The position numbers and the translations under genes were made by a program. A DNA stretch of 64,000 bases, taken from Ascidiella aspersa. Taxonomy: Eukaryota. The notes beneath the pieces were generated by a model. That model saw nothing but the letters and a program-made list of their open reading frames with translations. It did not search any database and was not told where the DNA came from. Of the stretch, positions 1-13,300 are shown one piece after another; within the stretch, counting starts at the first letter, position 1; every line of letters starts with the position of its first letter. Location of the stretch: contig OZ004610.1 of assembly GCA_963924565.1 (NCBI GenBank), positions 930,001 to 994,000 on the forward strand, read 5' to 3'.

Positions 1-1369
1 AAAAATATTTTTAAAAGCATTTTTTTCTTATTTTATTTTAAAACCGTTTGAACGGTTCATGTGGTTTTTAAAATTGCGTTGGACACAATCGGATAAAAAA
101 ATGTTTTGTGGCCAAATTTTTGTGTGCTTTCGTAAATCGGTCGGTTCTTATTTTTAAATAATTAGTTGGTGAATTTGATGTTAGCTGTTTTATTTGAACT
201 GTAATATGGTAAATTTTCAACCCTTTTAAATGACAAGCTTGTCCCCTTTGGTTTTGCGCTCAATAACCTGGTTTCCACAGTCAACTTTCCCCGTCAAAAA
301 CATCTAATTATTTTATATGACAGCTGCGATAAATCATTTATGTCGGCGTCTCTTTTTGCAAGTTTTTAATTCGTTGCAAAGTTTACGAATTCATCCAAAA
401 CCAGTCGGCAGCCTTTTTTACAAACATTTTCGCAATTGGTTGAATAGAAAGTCGAATAAATAAAGCAACCTTGTAAACTAATTTAAAGGTTAGCAGCTAC
501 CAAAATTTAAAAATAATACACCAATATCAAAAAAGGCATTTAAAATGTAAAAAGTGGAACTTTTAAAGCGGAATTGTAAACACTCCTATTGTCACGCGAC
601 ATACATAAGCTTGACATGGCCACACTGACTCAGGGGATCCAAACAAAATTAGCCGCAATTTAGTGGCTGGGAGACCCCCGGTTTGGCTTTGACATCAGGT
701 GAAGCGTATTGCGCGTTTTGATTGGATTATTGTTGTACAGAAGCCCTGATTTGCCCTAGATTCGATTAGGCGACGTTTGTGCCGCATGTCGCTTGCGTAA
801 ACCGGCGGTGCGCGGCGTGTTGAGAGGCACAGACGAAATTTAATTATAGTTTATCGAGTTTTGGTGGCGAGAAAACCATCATGAGATAATGTTCACATCA
901 CCATACAATTGGGTAAACAGATGTTAAAAGCGAGTAAATTTCTATTATGAAAGGCAATGGTCCCGAAAAAGCTAAAACCGAAAATAGGATATAATCTTTT
1001 TTTAAAGAAGCCTTTATTTTATTCAATAGAAAAAGTGAAATTGTTGGGGACCTTGATAAAGGACTTTTTCCTTGAGGAAATACTTGGGATCCTAATACAA
1101 TTTTTCATAAAAAATTATAAGGGAAAAAAATTAGAAAAAAGTATATTACAATTTTAAACATTTTTTATGTTATATTTTTTCTTTTAGATTTCTTCATTTT
1201 CGTCCCAAAAACATCAGTTAAGTAATCATACCGTGTTCCACATTTATTATTATTTCTCATGTTTTTTCCAAATGCACATTGGATTTTATTGATTAATAGG
1301 CGGCATAAAGAACGCCTGACTTTGTCCATTTCCCACTCTTGTATTAATAACGCCTTAACGTCAACTTAC

Positions 1370-4300
1370 TGGTACAAGGAGACGTTGCAAGATCAGTAGG
1401 CGCCCTGTAGTATCCGTACATACATTCGCACACAGTAGAGGCGTAATCCCTGGAGTGGCTGTATGCTGGGCACCTCTGGCAATCTGCGTTACCAGCATTG
1501 TTCTTGTACTGGCCTCGACCACAAGCTGGAACACAAAAGAAGGAGTTTAGATTCACGCAATGAAATTAAAGGCAAACTGCAGTAGTAGCTATAACTGTTA
1601 GAATGTTTGTAATTTTGAAGAAAGAATTAAAGGTATGATTATATTGGCTTCTATTTAAAAAGGGTTTATCATTTATATAGTTATAACTGTGTTAATGACA
1701 ATAGAGCCTAAATAGGACAATACTAACTGTAAATACAGATTGATTAGAAAGAACTTTAGCTATGAGATAAAACATTAACTCTTTTTAGATAAAGAAACTA
1801 TATGTTGTATACTTAAAGAAACTGAAAACATTGAACATCGATGTTTTAAACTTGTGTTGTTTAAAAGCACATTGCCTATGCATTCCAAATTGCCCCAAAA
1901 GTCCTAACACACCTGCACTAATTAGGCCTACAACTGCACGCGTCAAAAATTAAACATTTTCTTCAGAAACCTATTTTTGTCGCAACCTTCTAAAAGCCGG
2001 TGACAATTCGACAGGGTTCGTTTCAAAGTAATGGGGTTCGCTTTGTGGGGGTGAAATTCCGCGGAAATGCCCCCTCACCCCCAAATGGGGTCGTGTTTCG
2101 TGCGAGGGGGCATATAAACCACTTCCCGGGTTATGGGTCTTGTTCTTAGCCCCATATCACCCCAAATCTCACCCACAGCTGCAGGGATGGGTTGGGTGGC
2201 GTTACCCGCTTGGAAGAAATGGTCGGCTTGAAATTACTCGGGTTATTTCAGGATTACGTGATTGAAAACCTCGATGGGTGTTCTGACATTTTTTTACTTA
2301 AAAAACAAATGTCCCTTACAAAAGTGAGTAGCATTGTGTAAACCTTTCTTAACAAACACCAATTAAGAAAATCTGTCAAAACTTTCCTAAAATGTTACAT
2401 ACCTCGTTATGGGTTTCTTATTTCTGTTACATATTGCTAAAGCGTTAAACCATTAAGCTATAAAAACTTCAAAGGGCGTGTTGTAGTTAGAATTAATGAA
2501 CTTTATGTCATTCAAGCTGGCCAACACTTTTTGGAATTTAAAAAATTTTTCTCAGTCTCATGAGTTGTTCACCTCGCCGTCTATTGTTAGTCATCGACTC
2601 TAACTATGACCTCATAGTCAAAAGAGTTTCGTTTCACGTCGGATTTTGCGCCGCATTTTTTATCGGAAGTATCAGCGTGCGGTTGCCATGGTTGCACAAT
2701 GGACGCGCGATCCCCGATTGTGTAAACTCGCCTTTTCACAATAAGCGATCCGTGAGTTGGAATGGACCAGGGGTCTTTTGCGCGCGACGAAGCGACACGA
2801 TTCACATTGTGCGCCTCGGACGCGACACAATTGTCGCATGTCGCGCGCTTGTGTAAATACGTGTCGCACAATGCCGAGGTTGTTCGCGACATTTCAGGGG
2901 TGCAAAGATATCTTTCGTCACCCCTAAGTTTTGAATTTATGGCTGAACTTCAAACAAACGATCATTCGACAAGTTAAAACTTACAATGACTTCAAATGAA
3001 CGGGTTTTGAAAGTTTTGTTACGACACAATATGAAGCACAGTTTTAAAAAATATAATAAACTTGATCCTGATTTTTTTCAATTAAAAGTTTATGGGTTAA
3101 AATCATGGTGTATTGTTTCTCAAATTTATTTTCTAAAACAGCGTATGATTTATTTCAAAATCTTTTGATATATTTTTGTTAATATTACAAGCTACAATGG
3201 AAAGTGCCTTTATTATTTATCATTATTTTATCAGTAGTTTTTTTAATGCTTACATTTATAGATTCACTAATAAATTTTAGATTCATTTTCGTCCTAAATT
3301 TAATCCTCGAATTTTACAAGCCAAGGTTCTAATATTTGTGGATCACTTTTTAAGATATCATTGATTTCTTATTCTTTATCTCTTATAAATTCTCTTTTTG
3401 ATATCAGCTTTCACAAGTAAAGGTCAACGTTAATGAAACATGTCACCACATTCACACGCAAAAGGCCCAAAGTGTTTAGTAAACATCCAGCGGTGCTCTG
3501 TACACATCCGTTTGTCAACCCTCAGGAAGGTTACCTTCCCCTTAACCGGCAGAAGCAGCCCTGCGACACTTGAACACCGAATTCTTGTCCACGACCGAGT
3601 TACACTTCTTAGTTGTGCGACCAAAGGTGGCAAAGCAGTGAAACCCGATCATGCGCAGAACCGGACTAAATGTCGTGAGATCCGGGAAATGTTCGCGGCG
3701 AATTTAGAAGCCAAGGCGATTCTCTAAACACTTTGTTCTCATGAAGTAGTTTCCGGTAAGTTTTAAATACAGAGGTTCTTACGCCTTTCTTCAATTAACA
3801 AAGCTTGCATAATGCAAGGGTTGTATTGTTATATGTATATATGTATAAAATATGGGAATAATATGTTGTCTAAATTTGAACACTCTAAAGGGTGGTTGCA
3901 TCTCAACTCTATTTGTAATTATCGTGATTTGAAATTTTTCTCTTCAAATTGGCACAAAAAGGTGCAAAAAAACGTAAAGAAGCAATACTAAACAACTGAA
4001 CATAAAAAGCAATTCGTATGCTTTACGTAGAGTAATAAATTACAAACTACACTAGAGAGATACAAGATTGGTCTAACATTTTAGCAATGTTTATAATGTG
4101 TTTAATAGTGTTGTGTAAAACAGAATTTAACGTAACGTTTAAAAAATGGCTAGATTAGGCTTAGACTTTTTGAAATCAATTTTGACCAAATATAGATCTT
4201 CAGCTTGTTTCGAAAATGATAAAGAATTGCTTTCCGTATACGTTGTTGTGTAGTGTTGTATGAGGGCAGAATTTAACGTAAAGTTAATAAAATAATGGCC

Positions 4301-7300
4301 AGATGAAGCAACAAGCTTATTAAGGCATTACAGTTTTAGTGGAGCCCTGCTAACCAAGTGAATCACGGGGGACAAGACTTCCCCCAAATGCGTTTTTTTA
4401 CTTCCATGCTGACAATTTGTCGCCGCGCTAATTCGTCTCCACTGGGTCTGAGCGTCTGTTTACAAGCTTCGCTTAAGACAGTCTTATCCTCGTTTAACGT
4501 CAGTAGCAGCGTGGAACGCAAACCTACGTGCTACCGGGAGCCTTTAAGCCTCTGTAAATCCCGGTTGACTAGTCGGCCGTTTTATGGCCACTGGATTGGC
4601 ATGGCTAGAGCATTTAAACGCCCTGTTTTTAAACGACGTGTAGTTATGCAAAAGAGATGGGGAAATACAATGAGCTGCATTGCTGGATACTATGTTGTGA
4701 TAAAATACAATTCTTTAAACTGTGAATGACGCTTCAGTATTGTTAATCAATCGTCAAAACTACCTTTTTGGAAAATATACATTCTGGAAATATATTTTTA
4801 ACCGCTTGGGATGGCTAGTGCATTTAGTTTTTATGCCGCATAGTTTTGCAAAAGGGATGGGAAATATGATGGTTGCATTGATAAATACACGAATTTTTGA
4901 CAAAAGACATTTTATTAATCATAAAATTGGCGTGTAACTACTGTTAAAAACTAACAAACAAATCAAACAATTTGGAGCCATAACGTACAAAAAGGGTTCA
5001 TTAGGTTACCGCGTTAATTAGTGCTTTTTTGCTGTTGGGCTAGAAAATTAATTTCAAAACGTCGAAAAGGTTGAGTGTATTATTGTATGGAGTTATGAGT
5101 ATGTTGTATCACATAGAGCCCAGGGCAGGGACACAAGTGTCCTGGTGTTAAGCGTCCGGGCGTTAAACTTACACAAGCGTGTTTATGGAGAATTGATCGA
5201 TTGGTAATCTGCAATTAGTGAATATAAACCGCCCATGCAAGATTGTGTATATGCGATTATTATGCGTGTCGGCATGCAATTGACGCATTGCGCATTTTTG
5301 CATTAAAACCCACACCTTTGAAAGCTGTAAGCCTAACAAGAGATTACCAGTGGAAAGGCGCCGGTAAAGTGTTGAAGCAACAAGCTTAAGTAACATCTTA
5401 GCATAATATCGGGCTAATCGTGACCCGATTATTTCACGGCATTTACTTTGCTAATAAATACGCTTTACTTTATTGCATGTCTCCAATAATTGGACTTTAA
5501 ACCTTAGGGTATGCCAAGCCCTTTCAAGATTTTTTTTTTTCATTTAACAGAACTTCTACGGTTATGGGTGAAGTAAATTCTAAAAACAGTGAAATATTCT
5601 CAAAATCACTGCAGCGAAAGTTAAAAAAGTACATAGAAAGTATAACCTCGCCACAAGGTGGCAGCACAGCGTCAGCATAAATCTCTACAAAATGTCAACT
5701 TCTTCAACTAGCTCCAACTTCGAATCAGACAAGCATAAATCGCGTCCGTTATCTGCGTCGGGGTATTGTAATCCCGGAATAAAAACCACCTTAAAACGAA
5801 AACCCTGTCTACCCCGCCCCTTCGCTACTATTACCCAGACCTCATTCACCCCTTGCTTATCCCCCGCCCCCAAGCTTGTCACGAGCTCTCATTCAAAGGC
5901 CCGAATCGTCTTTTCGCCGCGCCACGCGAGACGCCAACAAACGACATTGTGTGACGTCATAAAAGAAACGCGATTTTAGGGCAGCGATCGGGGTTTGATA
6001 TTAGACGAGCGACGATTTGTCCGGCTTATTGTGAAAGGAGTGGCTGGCGTTTTAAAACGGCGCGTAAACCGCTATGGGCGCGACAACTTTGAAAATGTCG
6101 GTGAAAATTTTCGGTAGATTTTTGAAAATTTATCTGGATTTTCGATTCAGCCGAAAAAAAAATATATTGAAATTACTAGTAGATGGCTCGGTTGCCGTTT
6201 ATAAAAGTTGTTCAACTTATGGAAAAATGGTGCCTTTGGCAGACAGCGAAAGATATTAAAATGATATAAAAGCGCTTAACATCACTCTACAGACCATAAT
6301 GGCATCATAGATCAACTAAGTGTTTTTTAGGGCCATGCTGAAAAGGGCCCTTAAAGGGTTAAACAACATTGTAATAAATAAAGAGTTATTCATAACGTTC
6401 AAAATGACACCTACATCAGTACTGACTTTGAAATGCTTACAACATCTTACTATAACCTCCCACCATTATGCCCCGAAAATATATGAGTTTGCGAAGATTC
6501 TTTTTGTGAGGGTTTGCTTGCAAATACGGAAGGAAATCTACTTCTTTCGCGAAGCTTCCCTTTCCCACGCGTTAATTGTTGCCACAACAAACTACCAAGG
6601 CTGGCGATGTTTTGGGAACTTGTTCGGTCGATGTAAACAACTCCCTTCAACAAACCAGTGGGGGGGTTACCCGAGGTCATTTGCATATGTGCATTAAAAC
6701 CGACATCGTTGAATATTGAGAATTGGAAGAAATAAAGTTTACTGGCCGTCTTGTTTGTTTGAAAAATGGCCGACAATATTAGAAATGCTCTATAAGTTGG
6801 CTATAGTTTCAATAGTTTCACTTAAAAAAACAAGTTTTCTGTGAAGAAAAAATATTTCTTTTAGGCGCTTTCAGTTCGCTTCAAAATAATTGCGACACGA
6901 GAACGTATTTTGGTTTCCATAAATGGAACACATCTCTATGTGGGCGACCCTGGTTCAAGTGACGTCGAGTGTAATCGTTGTGCTATCGTATATATTCGCT
7001 GAGTGGCCTAAAGTACAGCACTTAAACGTTTATCAATTTTGAATTGCAACAGAACAACTAAAATGCCAAATGGTCAAAACAGTGCAACCCTGAACCATAA
7101 AAAAACGGGTTGATCTGTCAATGTTAAGTGCCTAAATTGCTCATAATATGGTAATTCTAAATACATCGTGTAGTTTAGGGTTGTAGTAAGACCTAGAAGA
7201 AATATTAAAGACCAACAAGGGTAGTGTGCGAACTTAGTTAGTAAATACAACCGAGTGGTGCTCATCCAGCAGTTTTATACAAACAATCGACCTACAAGAC

Positions 7301-10300
7301 GCCTTCTTAAGGATAATGGCATGTGCAAGAAATCACTGCTGGATGAGCAACACTCGGTTATACAATAAGCCTGGCAGCAATAGTTTATTTCATATTTAGT
7401 AAATCTTTATTCCGATGTAGGAAATAATTTGCACAAAACCAGTACCTACACACACATACATTGACAGCAAAATACTATAGCAGTAAGGTCGGCATTTATC
7501 AAGGGTCAAGGTGATTTCTATTTTTCACATATTCAGTGCAACATTATTTGGACTTTGATGTTTCTTGCTTAAATTAACCTGACTATTTTTATGGCGATGT
7601 GGGATCAATATAAGACTCATATCGAAACTCATGGGGTTTAAGGGAAATACCCGTCTCACCCTTTCAACGTAAACGTGCTTTGTCGGGATTCCAAGTGCTA
7701 AAGAAACCGGTAAAAACAACACAAGACGCTTGACGTAGATTGTGAGGCGGGGTGACTTTGAACTGGCGCCAATACAAACATCAAGGTCAAATGAAGGGCA
7801 AAAATTTGGCGAGCGTCAGAATACTTTTTCAGGCGCTAAATTTTAACCGACTGTGAACAAATATAAATAACCAACGCTAGTTTGCGGTTTGCCATTGCAA
7901 CAAACTATAGAAAAATATTTAATTTGAAAACATTTTTTTGGCAAGTGTGTTAAATTTTACAAAACAACTTGTTGCATTTTTACAAAACAATTTGTTGCAT
8001 TTTTACAAAACAATTTGTTGCATTTTTACAAAACAATTTGTTGCATTTTACGGAAGAATTTGTTGCACCATTTGTTGAATTGTCTTAAGTAAGTTTAGCC
8101 AATTGTACTGAACAAGTTTAATTGTAAAGCGTTTTTCGCAAAATCGTTTTCACCACTTTATTCACATTTCAAAACGTCAGAATCTAGGGGTGACAACGCA
8201 CCTTTCGTCACGGTTGGTCGCCACCACTTCTAATAACCCCTTCCCCCCCTGTGAACCCCCCCTGTGTAAGGAAGGTTTTTTCAGACCCGAAACCACGCTT
8301 CACGTGAATGTAGGAACGCGAGCAATTTAGCACCGGCTTATATTGCTGGGGCTGGTGAGGTTGGGCTTGTGGGGCTTGTGGGTTCCGTTTCAAGTGGTTT
8401 AATTAAACTTTTTGGCGCTGTGTGATTGAACCGATGTCACACCATCTTAAATCAATTTTGATTTTTCTCACTATTTTTTTTGTCATTATGAGTGGTTTGA
8501 GTTTTTGTAGGGTAATATTGTGAAAGTAATGAAAACATTTTATGGAAAATTAGTAAAACGGTTCATTTTTAGAATATTAACACTAATATTTAAGGAACTT
8601 ATATTTGTCTGTCCTGTATACTTTTTTTAATATTTTGACACGTTGTTGAACTAAAATTGCAATTAAGGGTCCTGTTCTTTGCCAGTGTCGCAACCTTTCT
8701 TCAAAAAGTTCTAGATAACAGAAAAACAAACACTTTTTATAAATGCATTGCACTGTGTCGATTGATATGCGACCTGCAGAGACAAAATCGATTTCAGTCC
8801 AGGTTTAAAATCGCCACTTAAGACAGGTTCGACGCCAATTCCAGGCGTTTGACAAAAATCAATGTTTCAAGCGCAGATGAAGGCACAGGGAGATTACAAG
8901 AATCGATATTTGCAAAACGTTGGCGGTTGTTTGGTGTTTTAATCGCAACAACTGTTTGAAAAGCATTGCGTCCCCATGGGAAAAGTGGGTGGCACGCTTG
9001 TTAAATATTTACAGTCTCCTGTGGAATTAACTGAACGTAACCTTTATACGCCGATGACACAATAATTAGGTAAAAAAATTGACCTGCGAACTAATTTAAG
9101 GTGCATTTCAGTAAGCTGACAATCATAGTGGGATTGGGAACATAGCAAGCTTTTTTCGGGTAATAAGCTCGATTCCAAACTATAATCTTTTTCGCAACCT
9201 TTATAATGTCACAAAAAGCCGCAAAAAGGAGGAAACGTTCATGAAAGCACAAGAACTGCAACATTGGTTGCACTTTTGTTGGAATTACATCAACTTGTTA
9301 ATTTCATATAGTGTTAAACGAACAGCTACTTCTAATTGACTGACTGCAGACAAAAATGTCAGACAAAAACTTTAAAACAATGCGTGAAACGCGCTTCAAT
9401 CTAAGCAAATCGACAAAAAAGTGCCAGCAGGCTTTGTGCAAAAAAGCAAAACTCAAATGCATAACTAAGCATACAAAACAAGCATTCTCACATATTTGCA
9501 CCTGTAGGGTTAAGTTATTTCTACAGAATTCAGACTATTCCTCAAAACAAACTAATCAGCAATGAAGTTGGTTTGGATTGAAGGGGCAAGATCTCGCCCC
9601 ATACATCATTTCGGCAGATAAGAATCTAGCTCTATAAGTCTATAGCTTTCTACTCGTTCGTCTTAATACCAGGATTGTTAAGTCAACATTCTGTCAGGTC
9701 CACTTTCCTAGAAACTACTGTCTTACTTTGCTGGCAGAAAACAAACTTTACCATTTATCGTATTTTTAGAACGGCAAAAATATATGCAGTAGTTGTCAGG
9801 CAGTTATTCAATATGCAGTAGTTGTCAGGCAGTTAGACTCGTTTTGGATAAATGACTTGACTTTGTCTTATGTTGCTGTGCGAATGACTTATATCGGAAT
9901 TAATATGTTTCAAAATGACTTGCTTACAAAACTACCAAATATCCATGAGCCAATTAACAAGTATAAACCATTGTCTCAACATTCCAGTAAAACAACACGC
10001 ATTAAGGCGTCACAATGACACGCAGCAGTGTGTTACCTTGGCATGAAGTTAAGCTCGGGTTGGGGCTGAATCCAGCATCGCACACACAAGAACCTTTAGG
10101 AACCGTCCATTCTCCTTTGCCATTGCAGAAAAGACTGGGACTTTGACCGGCGCCCTGAAACAAAAGTTGATTTCTCAATATAAGTCGCGTATGTAAGCAA
10201 GTTGTCTGAATGTTTTTTGCAAAGTTAAATGATGGCTCTGTAAAACTAACTGAGGGATGTTTGTTACTGTAGCGTTTGTGTTGTCAAAATAAATAAGAGC

Positions 10301-13300
10301 CTAAAGTAAACAATTCGTTTTATTTATTTAAGTTGATGAATAAAAACCTAAAACTTGTTAATTTGACTTAAAGCTAAACTAGAAAGCACTATTGGAACAA
10401 ATATTCAGGAAAACCTGCTAAGAGAGCAAAACACTGATTACTGAATATTTTTCGTGTAAAATAACAAAAAACCTTAGAAGTTCGACAAAAAAAAATTATT
10501 CGACTGTATTCTATAGCTTTTCCAAGGCAAAATATCTATTCCCTGGTATCCACGATTGCATAATTGTACTAAGCATTTACAGAGAACTTCACTAAAAGTC
10601 AAACCCCCTAAAACTGACAGAGAGATGTTTGTTACTGTAGCGTTTTTGTTGTTGAAATAAATATTAACTTAAAACGTTAGCAAGTCAAAATACTCGATCA
10701 GCTAAGTTATAAATAAAAAATAAAAAGTGTGAGCGCGTATATTTGATTTAAAGCAATATTTACATAAGTACAACTAAACATTCACAAAGCACTTTATGTA
10801 AAAGTCTAACTACGAAACTCACCATCATGGAGTTAGCCACGCAACTTCCGCCCACTTCGACCAGTGACGTCATTTCCGGTCCAGCCACAGTTCGTTCGAA
10901 GTTCGCGAGGATTTGTGTGGATGGCGAGCAGTACTTGTAGTAGACCCGCACGTGCATTAGCGCCATACAGGCTCCCGTGTCCTGTGAGTATTAGCAAAAA
11001 AACTTGAAGTTTAAAAACCAGAGTAAAACCAGGATCAGACATTTTATTAAAATGAATATATATTTCACCTATACTGGCATCGTCAGTTCCGATTTCAAAC
11101 TGTAAATATTAGCAGGTGCAAATATTCTTTAGACTTTCCTGTCTTAGTCAAAGTCAGTCATTAATAAGTTCTAGTTATTTACAGGAAACTCTAAATAATA
11201 TTTGCTTCCATTTGTTTTTGTTTTTTTCATAAATTCATTGTCGTCATTTACGTGGAAGGGCGAGGAGATGTCTTCATATTCTACACATTCAGTTTGCCTT
11301 AGCAGGTGTTTGTTAGTGCTTGGGAAACCGCAGTTTACATAAACACGTCAAAAGATCGCTTGCTAAACCCCAGATTGTCTGACTTTTACAAGCAGTTTAC
11401 ATGGCGTTTTAAAAGCGTCCGGTAGGCGTTTAAGTGTTTTTGTGCTGTTCGGCCGTTACAACTCCTTGCATGCAATGGTTAAGGCTATGGAGCTGTTTTA
11501 AAACTAAATTGTTCAGTTTTTGTAAATAGATGTGCAATTAATTTTGTGTTGTTTTTTAATATGCCTAATAAAGGCAAATAATACTTAGCCGCCCAAACCC
11601 AGGAGGTGCCCAAAACAAACAAAACAATTTTGTTTTCCCGAGTTAAACGGCTGTGGCCGATAAAAACTAATATAAAGTCAGCAGTCCCATTAATTATATT
11701 ATTATTAACAACGTTATGTTTTACGCATTGCTTTGCCAAATCTAATTAAACAAACAAGACGGTACATTGCATTTTCACGAAAAGAAGCTTTCTTTACTAT
11801 TTTAGTAATAAGCTACATATCCGCCTCTACACTTCAAAGGAAGCTTATTAGCGTATTTTTTGACGAACAGAGAGTGGAAAACCTTGTGAATGGTAGCACG
11901 TGAGCAGAGCGATTGTTTAGGCAAGTGGCGACTGTTTATATAAACACACGAGTCGTGTCCGACAAGCGAATAAAGACCGATCGAATTTACGACCCGGTTG
12001 GAAACGCGACTTCTAAAGCGACGCAACCCACAAAAAGACTGCTGGCAATAGACAAAAAATGTGCCTGGTTGGCGAAAATACAAATACACGTCAACTTTGT
12101 GCGATATACGGTCACTTACCATTAACAACATTGGCTAAAGTTAAGAAGCAGCAATATCATATACAAAGCATTACCCACGCATAACTCTCCATTGCAAACT
12201 TATAAACCAGGTGTAGCTATCAACGAAAAATAACAAATGTCAGTATTCTAACGCATAGAACACGTTTTGTCTAAAATGCCCGTTTTTGTCTTTAATTTGC
12301 TGAAAAAAAAACAATGTACAAATTAAACTATTAACTTGTTTGTAATTGTTCGAGTTGTTTTCACAAAACCTGATTTCACTCCAAAAGTGTGTGGTTACGA
12401 ACCTGAAGTGCCAAGTAAATTCCTTTCTTCGTCAAAGGTCCGATTTCTCTCGTTTCGAAGTTGGTTTCTTCCGATCCGGGTCCAAAGCGTTTGTCTGCGG
12501 CGATTGTGTCGACCTGGATGTGAGAAAACACCAAATTAATGAACCGAGACGTACATTGATAGCCTGGTGTCGTTTTAACGCCTTGAACCTTGAAAAAAAA
12601 CGTGTGAATTTGGCTTGAAATCGCTTGTGGTCTGCGCCTAAAGGATTGTGGTTGCCTAATTGCCGTAACTTTGCACCCGGCTATGCACCAGCACTGCCTC
12701 ACGAACAAATTACTTTGAATGGTTAATTAACTGATGTTTAAGTAATGTTGCTGCAAAAATAAGATGAAAGACTCAACTTCGCGCAAAATAACGTTAACCA
12801 TTGATTAATATAGAGCACTGATCCAAGGTATTTTTGTGCAACTTAAGTAATGCCTTTTTACCACGAAAACTTGATTTACGATAGGAGGCAACTATTACAT
12901 AAACCTTTTTTACAGTAGAAAGCATTAGAAGGTTGTAAATCGTTTTTAACCGTATAGAGAAAAGCAAACAGCATACAAAACGCCTAAGTATGCTTAACTG
13001 CTAGTCATAAATCGTTATATTGCTATGCAAGGGAGTTTTCAATGAGCTGTTATTACCACGACTGGCAAACAAGGCTCACTAACACTACAGCATTTAGTGC
13101 AAGTGTGCAAGTCAGCAAAATGCGTGTAATCTGCTGCGTGGGAACAAATACTGGCCAGCTAACATGGCCGCTTGAAAAGGCCCAGGTTTTTTTTATGCCT
13201 ACTTTTTAAACCAGGCCGACAGCAGGCCTCATTTTCTGTAACGTGGAATTAAAAGCAACTTATTGATTTTAAATTGGCCTGTTTCATTTATTGTGGCCTT

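Noticed and set aside
2560-6776. ORF-track ORFs in the large Eph intron
   Set aside because: No recognisable domains or consistent splice signals; the flanking Eph exons join in phase without them
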